From Gemmatimonadota bacterium (GTDB lineage: Bacteria; Gemmatimonadota; Gemmatimonadetes; Gemmatimonadales; GWC2-71-9), in the NCBI GenBank assembly GCA_039656555.1, contig JBDHLU010000011.1:357-64356 (forward strand): a stretch of 64,000 nucleotides of DNA, read 5' to 3'. Below, one piece after another: positions 31,613 through 40,855 of this stretch. The translations under genes were made by a program, and so were the position numbers. Each line of letters opens with the position of its first letter. Positions within the stretch are counted from its first letter, which is position 1. A model generated the notes under the pieces. The model did no database searches and was not told the DNA's origin. It saw only the letters and a list, made by a program, of their open reading frames with translations.

Positions 31613-32535
31613 TGGGTGACCGGCGGAGGATCGCCAATGACGGACCGGACTACACCGTTCACCTCGTCGAGCAGGCGTTGGGCCTCTTCCGGACCCACCT
31701 CGCGCTTCACCATCACGATGGCGCGCTTCACCCTCCCCGAGGCAGCGGCGATGGCCTCCTTCGCCTTCGCCCGGTCGACCCCGCCTATCTCCATGACTAT
31801 GCGCTCACCACGGTCGTGGAGCTTCTCGCTCATAGCCATCAAGTCGACCATGAGATTGCCATAAGCCTTTCCGAGACGCACCATCGCCCCGGTTGTGATG
31901 GTGTTGAGCGCAAGCTTGGTGGCAGTTCCGGCCTTGAGACGCGTCGAACCCGTGAGCGCCTCTGGCCCCACACGCAGGACGATTTTTTCATCAACCAGTG
32001 CCGCAAGATCTTCTGGCGGATCCGTGCACGTGAGTAATGCGGTGGTCGCGCCCAGACGCGCGGCCTCTTCGAGCGCTGCCCCCACATATGGAGTCGTACC
32101 ACTAGCGGCGATCCCGAGTACGACGTCGCATGCGTCAACACCCGCATCGCGTATGGCGGCGGCACCTGCGTCGCGGTTGTCCTCGGCACCTTCCTGGCTG
32201 CGTTGCAGTGCCGCCGCGCCGCCGGCAATAATTCCCACCACCATCTCGGGCGGTGTACCGAACGTTGGCGGACACTCGGCGGCGTCAAGAACACCGAGAC
32301 GACCACTGGTTCCAGCCCCAACGTACACGAGTCGTCCACCTTGCACGAACGCTCGCACGACGCGGTCGATGGTACCCGCCAAGGACTCTCGAGCTGCCGC
32401 GACCGCGTCTGGTACTCGCCGGTCCTCGGCATTCAACAGGTCCACTATTTCGAGCACAGGGGCGACGTCGATGTCCGCTGTCGAAGGGTTTCGCCTTTCG
32501 GTCAGACGTGGATCTCGGAAATCGGAATGTGACAT
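31609..32535 (-). CDS. murQ: N-acetylmuramic acid 6-phosphate etherase
   Basis: SIS-domain pattern GAGTSGRLGVLDAAECPPTFG ... GIAASGTTPYV. Confidence 0.9.
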   Translation of the reverse strand: MSHSDFRDPRLTERRNPSTADIDVAPVLEIVDLLNAEDRRVPDAVAAARESLAGTIDRVVRAFVQGGRLVYVGAGTSGRLGVLDAAECPPTFGTPPEMVVGIIAGGAAALQRSQEGAEDNRDAGAAAIRDAGVDACDVVLGIAASGTTPYVGAALEEAARLGATTALLTCTDPPEDLAALVDEKIVLRVGPEALTGSTRLKAGTATKLALNTITTGAMVRLGKAYGNLMVDLMAMSEKLHDRGERIVMEIGGVDRAKAKEAIAAASGRVKRAIVMVKREVGPEEAQRLLDEVNGVVRSVIGDPPPVTQ

Positions 32536-32726
32536 CGTTGATATGGCCCTGACGGTAGATTGGTATCGGAATGTCGGCGTTCACCGGGTGCAGGTCAACG
32601 CGGTGGCGCAGACCTTGCCCCCTTTGACTCGGACTGGGCCGCAAGCCGTTGACGCCCCTTCCGTGCCGAGGACCACAGTACGTATCTTGGTCGAATAGAT
32701 GGAGTTAGCATAGTTGCTGGCCACGC

Positions 32727-33779
32727 ATGGCCACACCGAATCTCACAAGGGTTGTTGCGATGATGACGAAAAACCTCGAGGCCACCGCCCAGGCGATGGT
32801 CGCACCGGGCAAGGGCATTCTTGCCGCCGACGAAAGCTCCCCCACCATCAAGAAGCGATTCGACGCCATCGATGTAGAATCGACCGAAGAAAACCGCCGC
32901 ACCTATCGCGACATGCTATTCACTACGTCCGGGCTCAACGAATTCGTGAGTGGCGTGATCCTGTTCGACGAGACCATCAGGCAGAACTCAACCGACGGGA
33001 CGCCGTTTGCCAAGCTGCTCGACGACCAGAGCATCATCCCCGGCATCAAGGTGGACAAGGGCGCCAAATCCATGGCTGGATTTGACGGTGAGAAAATCAC
33101 CGAAGGCCTCGATGGATTGCGCGATCGCCTTGCCGAGTACTACGAAATCGGCGCGCGGTTTACCAAATGGCGTGCTGTGATTACGATCGGCGACGGTCTT
33201 CCAACGAGCTACAACGTCGAAGCCAATGCCCACGCGCTCGCCAGGTATGCCGCGCTTTCACAGGAGGCTGGTCTCGTACCTATCGTCGAACCCGAAATCC
33301 TCATGGATGCCGACAACACCATCACGCGTTGTGAGGAAGTTACCGAGCACGTGCTCAAGACCGTTTTCCAACACCTGCAGGACCATCGCGTCCATCTAGA
33401 GGGAATCAACTTGAAACCCAACATGGTCGTCTCCGGAAAGAAGTGTCCTGATCAAGCGGGCGTCCAAGAGGTCGCTGAAGCAACCGTGCGTTGCCTCCAG
33501 GCCACCGTCCCTGCCGCCGTGCCGGGTATCGTATTCCTATCCGGTGGGCAGAGCCCGCAGGATGCGACCGCCCACCTGAACGCCATGAACGCCCTCGGCG
33601 ATCATCCCTGGCAGTTGAGCTTCTCCTACGGCCGGGCCCTGCAGGCCCCGGCGCTCGATGCTTGGGGTGGCAACGCGGAAAACGTGGAGGCCGCCCAGCG
33701 AGTCCTCTACCACCGGGCCAAGTGCAACGGTGCAGCCAGGTTCGGTAAGTACAACGAGGAGATGGAAATCGCAGCCTAA
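32727..33779 (+). CDS. fba: Fructose-bisphosphate aldolase, class I
   Basis: GKGILAADESSPTIKKRF and LEGINLKPNMV (Schiff-base Lys region); 350 aa. Confidence 0.9.
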   Translation: MATPNLTRVVAMMTKNLEATAQAMVAPGKGILAADESSPTIKKRFDAIDVESTEENRRTYRDMLFTTSGLNEFVSGVILFDETIRQNSTDGTPFAKLLDDQSIIPGIKVDKGAKSMAGFDGEKITEGLDGLRDRLAEYYEIGARFTKWRAVITIGDGLPTSYNVEANAHALARYAALSQEAGLVPIVEPEILMDADNTITRCEEVTEHVLKTVFQHLQDHRVHLEGINLKPNMVVSGKKCPDQAGVQEVAEATVRCLQATVPAAVPGIVFLSGGQSPQDATAHLNAMNALGDHPWQLSFSYGRALQAPALDAWGGNAENVEAAQRVLYHRAKCNGAARFGKYNEEMEIAA

Positions 33780-33784
33780 GGACA

Positions 33785-33829
33785 GACAGGAAGGGCGGCG
33801 GGGACTTTCAGTCTTGCCGCCTTTCCGTC
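33785..33829. terminator. Long imperfect hairpin between convergent fba and ccdA (possible bidirectional terminator)
   Basis: GACAGGAAGGGCGGCGGGGAC-TTTCA-GTCTTGCCGCCTTTCCGTC. There is no clear U-tract on either strand. Confidence 0.45.
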
Positions 33830-33840
33830 TTCCCGCCTGC

Positions 33841-34572
33841 TTAGAGCTTCTCTAGTAGGAAAGCCGGGGTAAACCCTTGGAGCCATCCAGCCAGCATGGT
33901 GAAGTACCCTGTTATCAGCAGAATCCCAAAGACCACTAACATGGCTCCTGACAGCTTCGTCACGATTGGGATGTAGCGGCGGAACTGTTTGAACCATTCG
34001 AGGAACCGGTCGACGGCGATGGCCGCGATGAGGAATGGTACCGCGAGCCCGAGCGAGTAGGAAAAGAGCAAAAGCATCCCCTCACCCAGTGTCGCTTCGT
34101 TTGCAGTCGTGTACGTGAGAATGGCTCCGAGAATCGGGCCGATGCATGGCGTCCACCCTGCCCCAAACGCCACACCCACCAACACACTGCCCAGGTATCC
34201 AACCGGCTTATCCTGAATATGCATGCGGCGTTCCTGGTTGAACGCGCCGATCTTGATGACCCCGAGCATGTACAACCCGAATACGATCACCAGCAAGCCA
34301 CCAAACCGTTCGATCCAGACCTGTTGCCCTCTGAGGAACCCGCCGAGTTGGGTTGCTCCGGCTCCGAGAGCCATGAAGATCAAAGTGAAACCGCTCACGA
34401 AGAGCACCGCGTGGGTCAGCGTGGCGAAGCGCTTCTCCCCCATTTCTTCGAGAGACATTCCCGTGATGAAAGAGACGTAGCTTGGGACGAGCGGCAACAC
34501 GCAGGGCGAAAGAAAACTCAAAATACCCGCAAAGAACGCAACGGCGAGTCCGATCGATTCAGTTCCTATCAT
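33841..34572 (-). CDS. ccdA: Cytochrome c biogenesis thiol:disulfide transfer protein CcdA
   Basis: FLSPCVLPLVPSYVSFI and a second PCIGP motif, 6 TM. GAGGAG lies ahead of the ATG. Confidence 0.85.
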   Translation of the reverse strand: MIGTESIGLAVAFFAGILSFLSPCVLPLVPSYVSFITGMSLEEMGEKRFATLTHAVLFVSGFTLIFMALGAGATQLGGFLRGQQVWIERFGGLLVIVFGLYMLGVIKIGAFNQERRMHIQDKPVGYLGSVLVGVAFGAGWTPCIGPILGAILTYTTANEATLGEGMLLLFSYSLGLAVPFLIAAIAVDRFLEWFKQFRRYIPIVTKLSGAMLVVFGILLITGYFTMLAGWLQGFTPAFLLEKL

Positions 34573-34597
34573 CGCTCCTCTTAACCACGTGCAAAGA

Positions 34598-35536
34598 CTA
34601 ATCGTTCCCGCGACCGTACGTCGCGTGGAACGCGATCAATTTATAGACCAGTTCTGCGGCCAGAACATCGGGCCCCACCATCCCGGGAATGGGAGCGAGT
34701 TCAACGACATCGCATCCGACGACCACCTTTTCACGGAACACGCGTTCCAACAAGGCCAGTGATTGGTACCATGAACCACCCCCGGGTTCCGGCGTTCCCG
34801 TCGAGGGCATGTACGCCGGATCTAGATAGTCCACATCGAAGGTAACGTAGACGTGGTCGCCCAGGCTGTCGATGACACGATCTACCCAATCTCCCTGCTC
34901 GATCTCGTGTCCCCACACCGCTTCGATGTCCCGAGCGCGCATGAGGGCACGTTCATCTGATGTCAGCGACCGGATTCCCACTGGGACGAGATCGACATGT
35001 TCGTGTACGCGATACATGACGCACGCGTGTGACAACGAGGTCCCTTCATATTCGGTGCGGAGATCGGCATGCGCATCGAGCTGCAGGACCGAAATCCGAT
35101 CGTGACGCGCGGCGTGCGCCAGTATGGGGTCACCAGACACACTGTGTTCTCCCCCCAACATTACCACGAATTTGCCATGGTCCAGGAGCACGTCATAGCA
35201 ACGGCGCAGGGTCGCGAGGGCGTGTTCTGGCCCGGCGCCCGACAACATCAGCTCAGGAAGAGTGTGAATTCCGATCGTGTGCGGATCCGTATCCAACTCA
35301 TGGTCGTACAGTTCGACGTACCGAGACGCGTGAATGAGTCCGCGGGGTCCAAACCGGGTCCCACCCATGTAGGACACAGTTGCCTCGTACGGGACCGGGA
35401 GAATGACGACTGGAGAATCCGAGAACGGTGTCTCGCCAGCCGGGATGCCGAGGAAGGGATCGGGTAGCCCCCATGGAAACCCTGTGAGGTCATCCGGCAA
35501 TCCTTCGATGTGCCCGCGATCGCGGAATTCGTTCAT
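34598..35536 (-). CDS. speB: Agmatinase (ureohydrolase family)
   Basis: Mn-ligand blocks LGGEHSV, LQLDAHADL, VTFDVDYLDP. ATG at 35534-35536 overlaps the pdaD stop (ATGA). The track ORF to 35572 is over-extended. Confidence 0.85.
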   Translation of the reverse strand: MNEFRDRGHIEGLPDDLTGFPWGLPDPFLGIPAGETPFSDSPVVILPVPYEATVSYMGGTRFGPRGLIHASRYVELYDHELDTDPHTIGIHTLPELMLSGAGPEHALATLRRCYDVLLDHGKFVVMLGGEHSVSGDPILAHAARHDRISVLQLDAHADLRTEYEGTSLSHACVMYRVHEHVDLVPVGIRSLTSDERALMRARDIEAVWGHEIEQGDWVDRVIDSLGDHVYVTFDVDYLDPAYMPSTGTPEPGGGSWYQSLALLERVFREKVVVGCDVVELAPIPGMVGPDVLAAELVYKLIAFHATYGRGND

Positions 35537-36078
35537 CCGCAGAACACCACGGCACTGACTACGGTCACCCAACGCTCGTCGTCTTCAGCCTCCGCGGTGC
35601 AACTTACATTCATGGTTCGCACAATTTCACCAGACAGCAACCATTGTTCGCGACGTTCGTCCCATGCTTGGTCCGGGTCGAACTCGACGCCGAGGACAGT
35701 GGCCAGCATGCTCGCCGCGAGGTCTTCGGCATAGTCACCAGCGGGTTCAGAACGCTGACCGAACGCGTGGTGCTCGGAGACATACCCGTAGTGCGTCGGA
35801 TCAGCCGGGATGGCAAGACCGATGGACGCCGTAGCAAGGCGCGATGGCTCGTTGGTCGCCGCTTCGGCCACCACGGCAAACACCACTTGGCCGGGTTGCA
35901 GAATGCCGTTGCCTTCGTCTTCGGACACCAAGCCACAGTGCGGAGGCCAAATTGAACTCACGCGGACTAGGTTGTACCGTGCGATCTTGGCTTCCCGCAA
36001 GGCAAGCTCAAAACTCGTGAGTTTCTCTCTGTGCCGCCCGACGCCCTTCGTCAGGAACGCCTGGCTCGGCATGAACAT
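35533..36078 (-). CDS. pdaD: Pyruvoyl-dependent arginine decarboxylase
   Basis: LTSFELALREAKIARYNLVRVSSIWPP contains the Ser-Ser self-cleavage context of PvlArgDC. ATG at 36078 (MFMPSQ) follows GAGGG. The track ORF to 36132 is over-extended. Confidence 0.8.
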   Translation of the reverse strand: MFMPSQAFLTKGVGRHREKLTSFELALREAKIARYNLVRVSSIWPPHCGLVSEDEGNGILQPGQVVFAVVAEAATNEPSRLATASIGLAIPADPTHYGYVSEHHAFGQRSEPAGDYAEDLAASMLATVLGVEFDPDQAWDERREQWLLSGEIVRTMNVSCTAEAEDDERWVTVVSAVVFCG

Positions 36079-36089
36079 CTCAGCCCTCG

Positions 36090-36497
36090 TCACAACGTGC
36101 CGTCTTCCTCCGGCTGCACCTCGCCAAACCACTCGTGAGGAGCGATCACCGTTGGCGGCTCCGGGTCACCGGACCGCTCTCGCACTCCCGCGATAACGTC
36201 GTCAACTACCACACTCGGACTATCGCCCACTTCATCGATATTGATCTTCGCCCGACCGCGTTCGCGACCGCGCGTGGCGATCATGTAAGTCGCGGTATAC
36301 ACGCGACGCCGTTCCCCATCGAGGCGACGTAGCACGACAGCCGTTCCCCACTCTCGCCCCTCCTGCCGTAGCGGGGCGAACAACCAGATGCAATCGATCT
36401 CCGCGACCGGGACCTCCGCGGCGAGGGCCAACGCCACGCTGTCCCACCCGAGCCCGAGACCGCGGCGCCTTACGCCGACTGGTGCGCCTGTTCCCAT
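36090..36497 (-). CDS. Hypothetical protein (135 aa) embedded in the polyamine operon
   Basis: ATG start overlaps the end of the upstream gene by 28 nt; the stop is 11 nt before pdaD. No recognisable motif. Confidence 0.45.
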   Translation of the reverse strand: MGTGAPVGVRRRGLGLGWDSVALALAAEVPVAEIDCIWLFAPLRQEGREWGTAVVLRRLDGERRRVYTATYMIATRGRERGRAKINIDEVGDSPSVVVDDVIAGVRERSGDPEPPTVIAPHEWFGEVQPEEDGTL

Positions 36498-37594
36498 TGC
36501 TCCACGTGCATCCGTAGAACCTGCATGAAGTCCTGAGCATTGGTCACGACGCCGAACGCTTGATGCGTTCCGCGATCGCGCAGCTTATTGACGACGAATT
36601 CTTCGGTATCTACGCATATCGTTGGCAGGCTGCGAACCATGTCACCCACCTCGACGTAGGCGGGAAGCATGTTGCCAACAGCGATCGCGTGCAGTGCCGT
36701 GGCCAGAAAGACGGCTGCGGTGGCTTTCTTGGTGTAGCCGCGCATGGCGTCCTGGGCATCGATCGCATTCGAGATCACACCCGGGAGCGGACCGTCGTCG
36801 CGAATGGACCCGGCTAGTACATAGGGCACACCCGCCTTCACGAGGGCGTGCATGATTCCGCTGGTGACTGTGCCCGCATCGACCGCTGCTTCGATCGACC
36901 CGGCGGCCCGGATGGTATTGATCGTGCGCATATGCAAACCGTGACCTTGATTGGTCGGTTGCCCATCCGCCGTCATGCCAAGTGTGGTACCGTGGATCGC
37001 AGCTTCGAGATCGTGCACGCCAAGTGCATTGCCCGCGAGCAAGGCGCTGACGAACCCCTGTTCGATGAACCACACCAAGTTGTCGCGCGCACGGGAATGG
37101 ACCAGGGCCGGACCGGCGACCCAGATAATGAATCCACCGGCTTGGCGCTCCTCGCACAAGACTGCAGCAAGCCGGTCGTAGTCCACCGGCCGTTCGCGGC
37201 TGACCTCAGTCGACATGAATTGGAACTCGTTCCCACTGTGCCCGCCGCCGAAAAATCCATCGGTATTCACGAAGATGCCGGCACTACCATCTTCCGACAC
37301 CCCCATCGCCACCATGGTACCCCCAGCGAGCGAGCGAGCCTCGCGAACCACCAGGCCGCCATCGCCTGCGCGCGCCACGACGCAATCCATTCGTGGGTCG
37401 CGTGGTCTGATCCACTCGCCCTCGACCCTGACATACGTCGGGAGATTGGTCGTCGCAAAGAAGCCTTCGGGAAGCACGCCATCATCCGGCATGGGCGCGA
37501 ACACCGCATCCGGAGCTGTCCGGAATCGTTCTTCCGTGAAGTCGGGCAGCGGGATCGCGGCACCGTGGTTGTTGGCGGACAGCATTTCCTCCAT
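36470..37594 (-). CDS. LOR/SDH-conserved-region (TIGR00300-like, archaeal ornithine-cyclodeaminase-like) protein; function uncertain
   Basis: 374 aa. Blocks WVAGPALVHSRARDNLVWFIEQGFVSALLAGNALGVHDLE and AGSIRDDGPLPGV recall that family from memory. Coding status is solid; the family call is tentative. Confidence 0.55.
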   Translation of the reverse strand: MEEMLSANNHGAAIPLPDFTEERFRTAPDAVFAPMPDDGVLPEGFFATTNLPTYVRVEGEWIRPRDPRMDCVVARAGDGGLVVREARSLAGGTMVAMGVSEDGSAGIFVNTDGFFGGGHSGNEFQFMSTEVSRERPVDYDRLAAVLCEERQAGGFIIWVAGPALVHSRARDNLVWFIEQGFVSALLAGNALGVHDLEAAIHGTTLGMTADGQPTNQGHGLHMRTINTIRAAGSIEAAVDAGTVTSGIMHALVKAGVPYVLAGSIRDDGPLPGVISNAIDAQDAMRGYTKKATAAVFLATALHAIAVGNMLPAYVEVGDMVRSLPTICVDTEEFVVNKLRDRGTHQAFGVVTNAQDFMQVLRMHVEQWEQAHQSA

Positions 37595-37666
37595 GGTAAG
37601 AACCCAACCAGCAAAGCGCCCGCAACTTATCGGGCCGCATGGGCCCGAGCAAGGCGGGTAGCAACG

Positions 37667-40075
37667 TTACAACAGCGATACCGGATCTCGGTCGAATGAT
37701 ACCCGAATGGGACCGCGTGTCGTGTGCGGAGCCCTCGTCGCAGCGTAGCGCATCACCTTCCCCAGCAGGACCCGGTCGGCCGACCGGAGCACGAGGTGCC
37801 ACCGCCAGCGGTTCTTGATCCGCGCGAGGGGAGCGGGTGCGGGCCCCACGATATCGACCAGCCCCTCACTGTGTGACGCTACCAGGCCTCGTATCCAGGC
37901 TGCCACCTCGATCGCCCCGTCAGCAACCTGGAGTTCCTCGAGACCGCTCACGACCACGTTGACCAACCCCACATGAGGCGGATAGGGTGGGTCGGTTCGG
38001 ACCTCGAGTTCCTTGGTTGCGAACTGTTCGTAGTCGTGCGCTGCAGCGGCGATCAAGGCGTAGTGGTGGGGCACTCTGGTTTGGACGATGACCGTTCCGC
38101 CCTTCGGGCCCCTGCCCGCCCTTCCAGCCACTTGCGCGATCATCTGGAACGTTCGTTCCGACGCTCGAAAATCTGGCAGGTGCAAACCCGTGTCGGCATC
38201 GATCACTCCGACCAAGGTCACGTCGGGAAAATCGAGGCCCTTCGCGATCATTTGGGTACCAAACAGCACGTCGACCTCTTTCTTCCGCACCGCTTCCAGA
38301 ATGTCGCGGTGCGACCACTTGCGGGAGGTCGTGTCAGCATCCATCCGTGCCAGTCGCGCGTGCGGGAACCGTTCCGCCAACCAACGCTCGAGTTGTTGGG
38401 TACCAACCCCTCGCGTCCGATGCGCCTCCCCTCCGCATTGGGCGCACGCCTCGGGGACCGGTTCGTCGTGTCCGCAATAGTGACACTTCAGGCGAACCGG
38501 CGTGCGATGAACGGTCAGTGAAATGCTGCATGACGGGCAGTCCCACACATGTCCGCACAAGTGACACTGGAGAAAGTGTGCAAACCCCCGACGGTTGAGC
38601 AGGAGAAGTACTTGGTCGCCGGCATCGAGCACGGCACGGGTCGCCTCATCGAGTCGCACAGACCAAGGAATGGGACCGCTCTCTTCAACCCGGGGTTCAC
38701 TTCGAAGGTCGAGCAACTCGACCGGGGGAAGGGGGCGCTGTCCAACGCGATCGGGAAGCGACACTCTGATCACCTGCTGGTTCGCGGTCCAAGTCTCCAA
38801 AGAGGGCGTGGCCGTCCCTAGGATCACTCTCGCCCCCTCCTGGCGCCCTCTCCGAAACGCCACGTCACGTGCGTGATACCGGGGGCGTTCCCCGTGCTTG
38901 TAACTCGCGTCGTGTTCTTCATCGATCACTATGGCCGTGAGACGCCGCACAGGAGCGAACACTGCGGACCGTGCACCAACCACGACGCGTTTCTCACCCC
39001 GCAGGAGCGCCCGCCACGCGTCGACGCGTTCAGCTTCCGAGAGGCCGGAATGCAATACTGCGACCTGGCCTCCGTACATCCCCCGGACCCGGGATATCGT
39101 TTGCGGCGTCAGCGCGATTTCTGGAACCAACACGATCGCCCCATCTCCCCGCTCAACCGCTTGCCGCACGGATTCAAGATAGACGAGCGTCTTTCCACTC
39201 CCCGTAACGCCGTGGAGCAGGCCAATGCCGCCAGGTCCGAGGTTCCCCAGTGTCTGGATTACCGAACGCTGGACATCGGTCGGTGTCGGAGGTGGGCTCC
39301 CTTCGACATTTTCGAACGGATCCCTCAATGACTCACGCGCCTCGATACGCGCCAAACCGCGATGGACTAGCGCTCGGATCACCGCATCGGAGAATCCAAG
39401 TGCCTCCCGCGCGTGTTGAACGGGAGTCGTGCCGCCCAGTTGGTCCACCGCCTCGTACAGCGCGCGTTGCGCCTTGGCACGCCCAAAGACCTCCTCGCGC
39501 TCCAACAGCGTGGGCAACGTCTTCGACAACGTCAATATTCGCTCACGGCGACCTGATGGCCCGAGGTCTGGCAGTTCCGTTTCCAGCGACACTGCGCCGC
39601 TCCTGGCCAAGCGCTGCAGCACGCCCCACACCGGCCGTTTCAGTCGGCGCTTCAGTTGGGTCGCGCTGGCCCGCCCGCCCGTCCTTTGGATTTCGGCAAA
39701 CACCTCGGCACTCATCCCTCCCGCGGCGGCGTGTTCATCGATCACAGTCGCTATCAGTTGTGATCGCCCCCACAGAGCCGCCGGAAGCATCGTCTTGAGG
39801 ACGACGCCAATCGGCGTCGCGTAGTACCGACTCACCCATTCGGCTAGGCCCATCAAGGCCTGTGGAAGCAGCGGGTCTTGGTCCGGAGCCAAGGCGATCG
39901 CCTTGAGGCCGGACGGATCACCCTCTGAGGTCGCAACTACCACACCCACCATCATGCTCGACCGCACCGGCACCACGACACGGGCCCCGGGTGACACGCG
40001 ATCGCCAAGGGCGGCGGGGAGTTCGTAGCTGTAGGGTTCGGGAGTCGGTAGCGGAAGCGCTACCGAACAAATCAT
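37667..40075 (-). CDS. priA: Primosomal protein N' (replication restart helicase PriA)
   Basis: LHGVTGSGKTLVYL (Walker A), VIDEEHD, Cys-rich zinc module CHLCGHVWDCPSCS...CHYCG...CAQCG. ATG at 40073-40075 (MICSVALPLP). The track ORF to 40249 is over-extended. Confidence 0.9.
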   Translation of the reverse strand: MICSVALPLPTPEPYSYELPAALGDRVSPGARVVVPVRSSMMVGVVVATSEGDPSGLKAIALAPDQDPLLPQALMGLAEWVSRYYATPIGVVLKTMLPAALWGRSQLIATVIDEHAAAGGMSAEVFAEIQRTGGRASATQLKRRLKRPVWGVLQRLARSGAVSLETELPDLGPSGRRERILTLSKTLPTLLEREEVFGRAKAQRALYEAVDQLGGTTPVQHAREALGFSDAVIRALVHRGLARIEARESLRDPFENVEGSPPPTPTDVQRSVIQTLGNLGPGGIGLLHGVTGSGKTLVYLESVRQAVERGDGAIVLVPEIALTPQTISRVRGMYGGQVAVLHSGLSEAERVDAWRALLRGEKRVVVGARSAVFAPVRRLTAIVIDEEHDASYKHGERPRYHARDVAFRRGRQEGARVILGTATPSLETWTANQQVIRVSLPDRVGQRPLPPVELLDLRSEPRVEESGPIPWSVRLDEATRAVLDAGDQVLLLLNRRGFAHFLQCHLCGHVWDCPSCSISLTVHRTPVRLKCHYCGHDEPVPEACAQCGGEAHRTRGVGTQQLERWLAERFPHARLARMDADTTSRKWSHRDILEAVRKKEVDVLFGTQMIAKGLDFPDVTLVGVIDADTGLHLPDFRASERTFQMIAQVAGRAGRGPKGGTVIVQTRVPHHYALIAAAAHDYEQFATKELEVRTDPPYPPHVGLVNVVVSGLEELQVADGAIEVAAWIRGLVASHSEGLVDIVGPAPAPLARIKNRWRWHLVLRSADRVLLGKVMRYAATRAPHTTRGPIRVSFDRDPVSLL

Positions 40076-40080
40076 CGTCG

Positions 40081-40848
40081 TCACTCGCTGGGCCGGCGCG
40101 TACCCTTGATGATCGACAAACCGAGAGCGCGCTGTTGCACCAGCCTGTGGAGCACGCGGAACTCCGGACTGAGAATGAAACGCAGACCGCGCCACCGCGC
40201 CACGCGCCAACTCCGGGGCAACAGGGCAAACCACCCAACCTCCATCCACACCGTTCTGACGGGCGCATCCTCCACAGTCAGATCTACGATACCCGCTTCA
40301 CGAAACCACCGTTTCCACTCGACCACGAGTTGAGGATTAAGCCCGATGCAATCGGCCAACAACCGAGCATCAGCCTCATTGGGCTCCCGGATCCACGATG
40401 GCACGAGAGCAACCACCGGTTTCGTCGGACGAACGACGCGGCCAGCCTCCCGGAGGATCGCCTCATAATCCTGTCGCAAGAGCGAGAGCACGTTGATCGC
40501 CACCAGATCGAACACGCTCTGCTCGTAGGGAAGGTCAGACGGGGGTGCCACTTGAAAGGATATCTGACCAGCCATGCCCATGTGACGAGTAGATTGTTCC
40601 GCGACCTCGACCGCACCCGGATCAGGATCCAGCCCGACAATGTGCGTCTTGAACCGCTCGGCCCACCACATCACCGAACGCGCCGATCCGGTGCCGATCC
40701 ACAACACCTCGTCGGTTGCCTCAACATCGAGGATTTGACCCATACGCTTGTACGTCGGCTCGGCCACGGCGCCCCAAGGGCGCAGGATCGTGAGGAATTG
40801 TGCCGACGAGATAGTTGGCATGACCGGAGAAGCTACTGCGCCGCCCAC
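40081..40848 (-). CDS. Class I SAM-dependent methyltransferase
   Basis: VLWIGTGSARS (motif I-like), HIVGLD, FDLVAINVL. Start is GTG 40848 or ATG 40821. Confidence 0.7.
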   Translation of the reverse strand: MGGAVASPVMPTISSAQFLTILRPWGAVAEPTYKRMGQILDVEATDEVLWIGTGSARSVMWWAERFKTHIVGLDPDPGAVEVAEQSTRHMGMAGQISFQVAPPSDLPYEQSVFDLVAINVLSLLRQDYEAILREAGRVVRPTKPVVALVPSWIREPNEADARLLADCIGLNPQLVVEWKRWFREAGIVDLTVEDAPVRTVWMEVGWFALLPRSWRVARWRGLRFILSPEFRVLHRLVQQRALGLSIIKGTRRPSE

Positions 40849-40855
40849 GCCACCA

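Noticed and set aside
33815-33838. Shared about 18-nt motif (TTYCCGTCTTCCCGCCTG) with the dnaX leader, as a possible dispersed REP-like element
   Set aside because: There are only two copies in 64 kb, and the second is largely the 3' arm of a terminator-like hairpin. It may be chance in C/G-rich sequence. It is mentioned under the octamer finding but not called as a mobile or repeat family.
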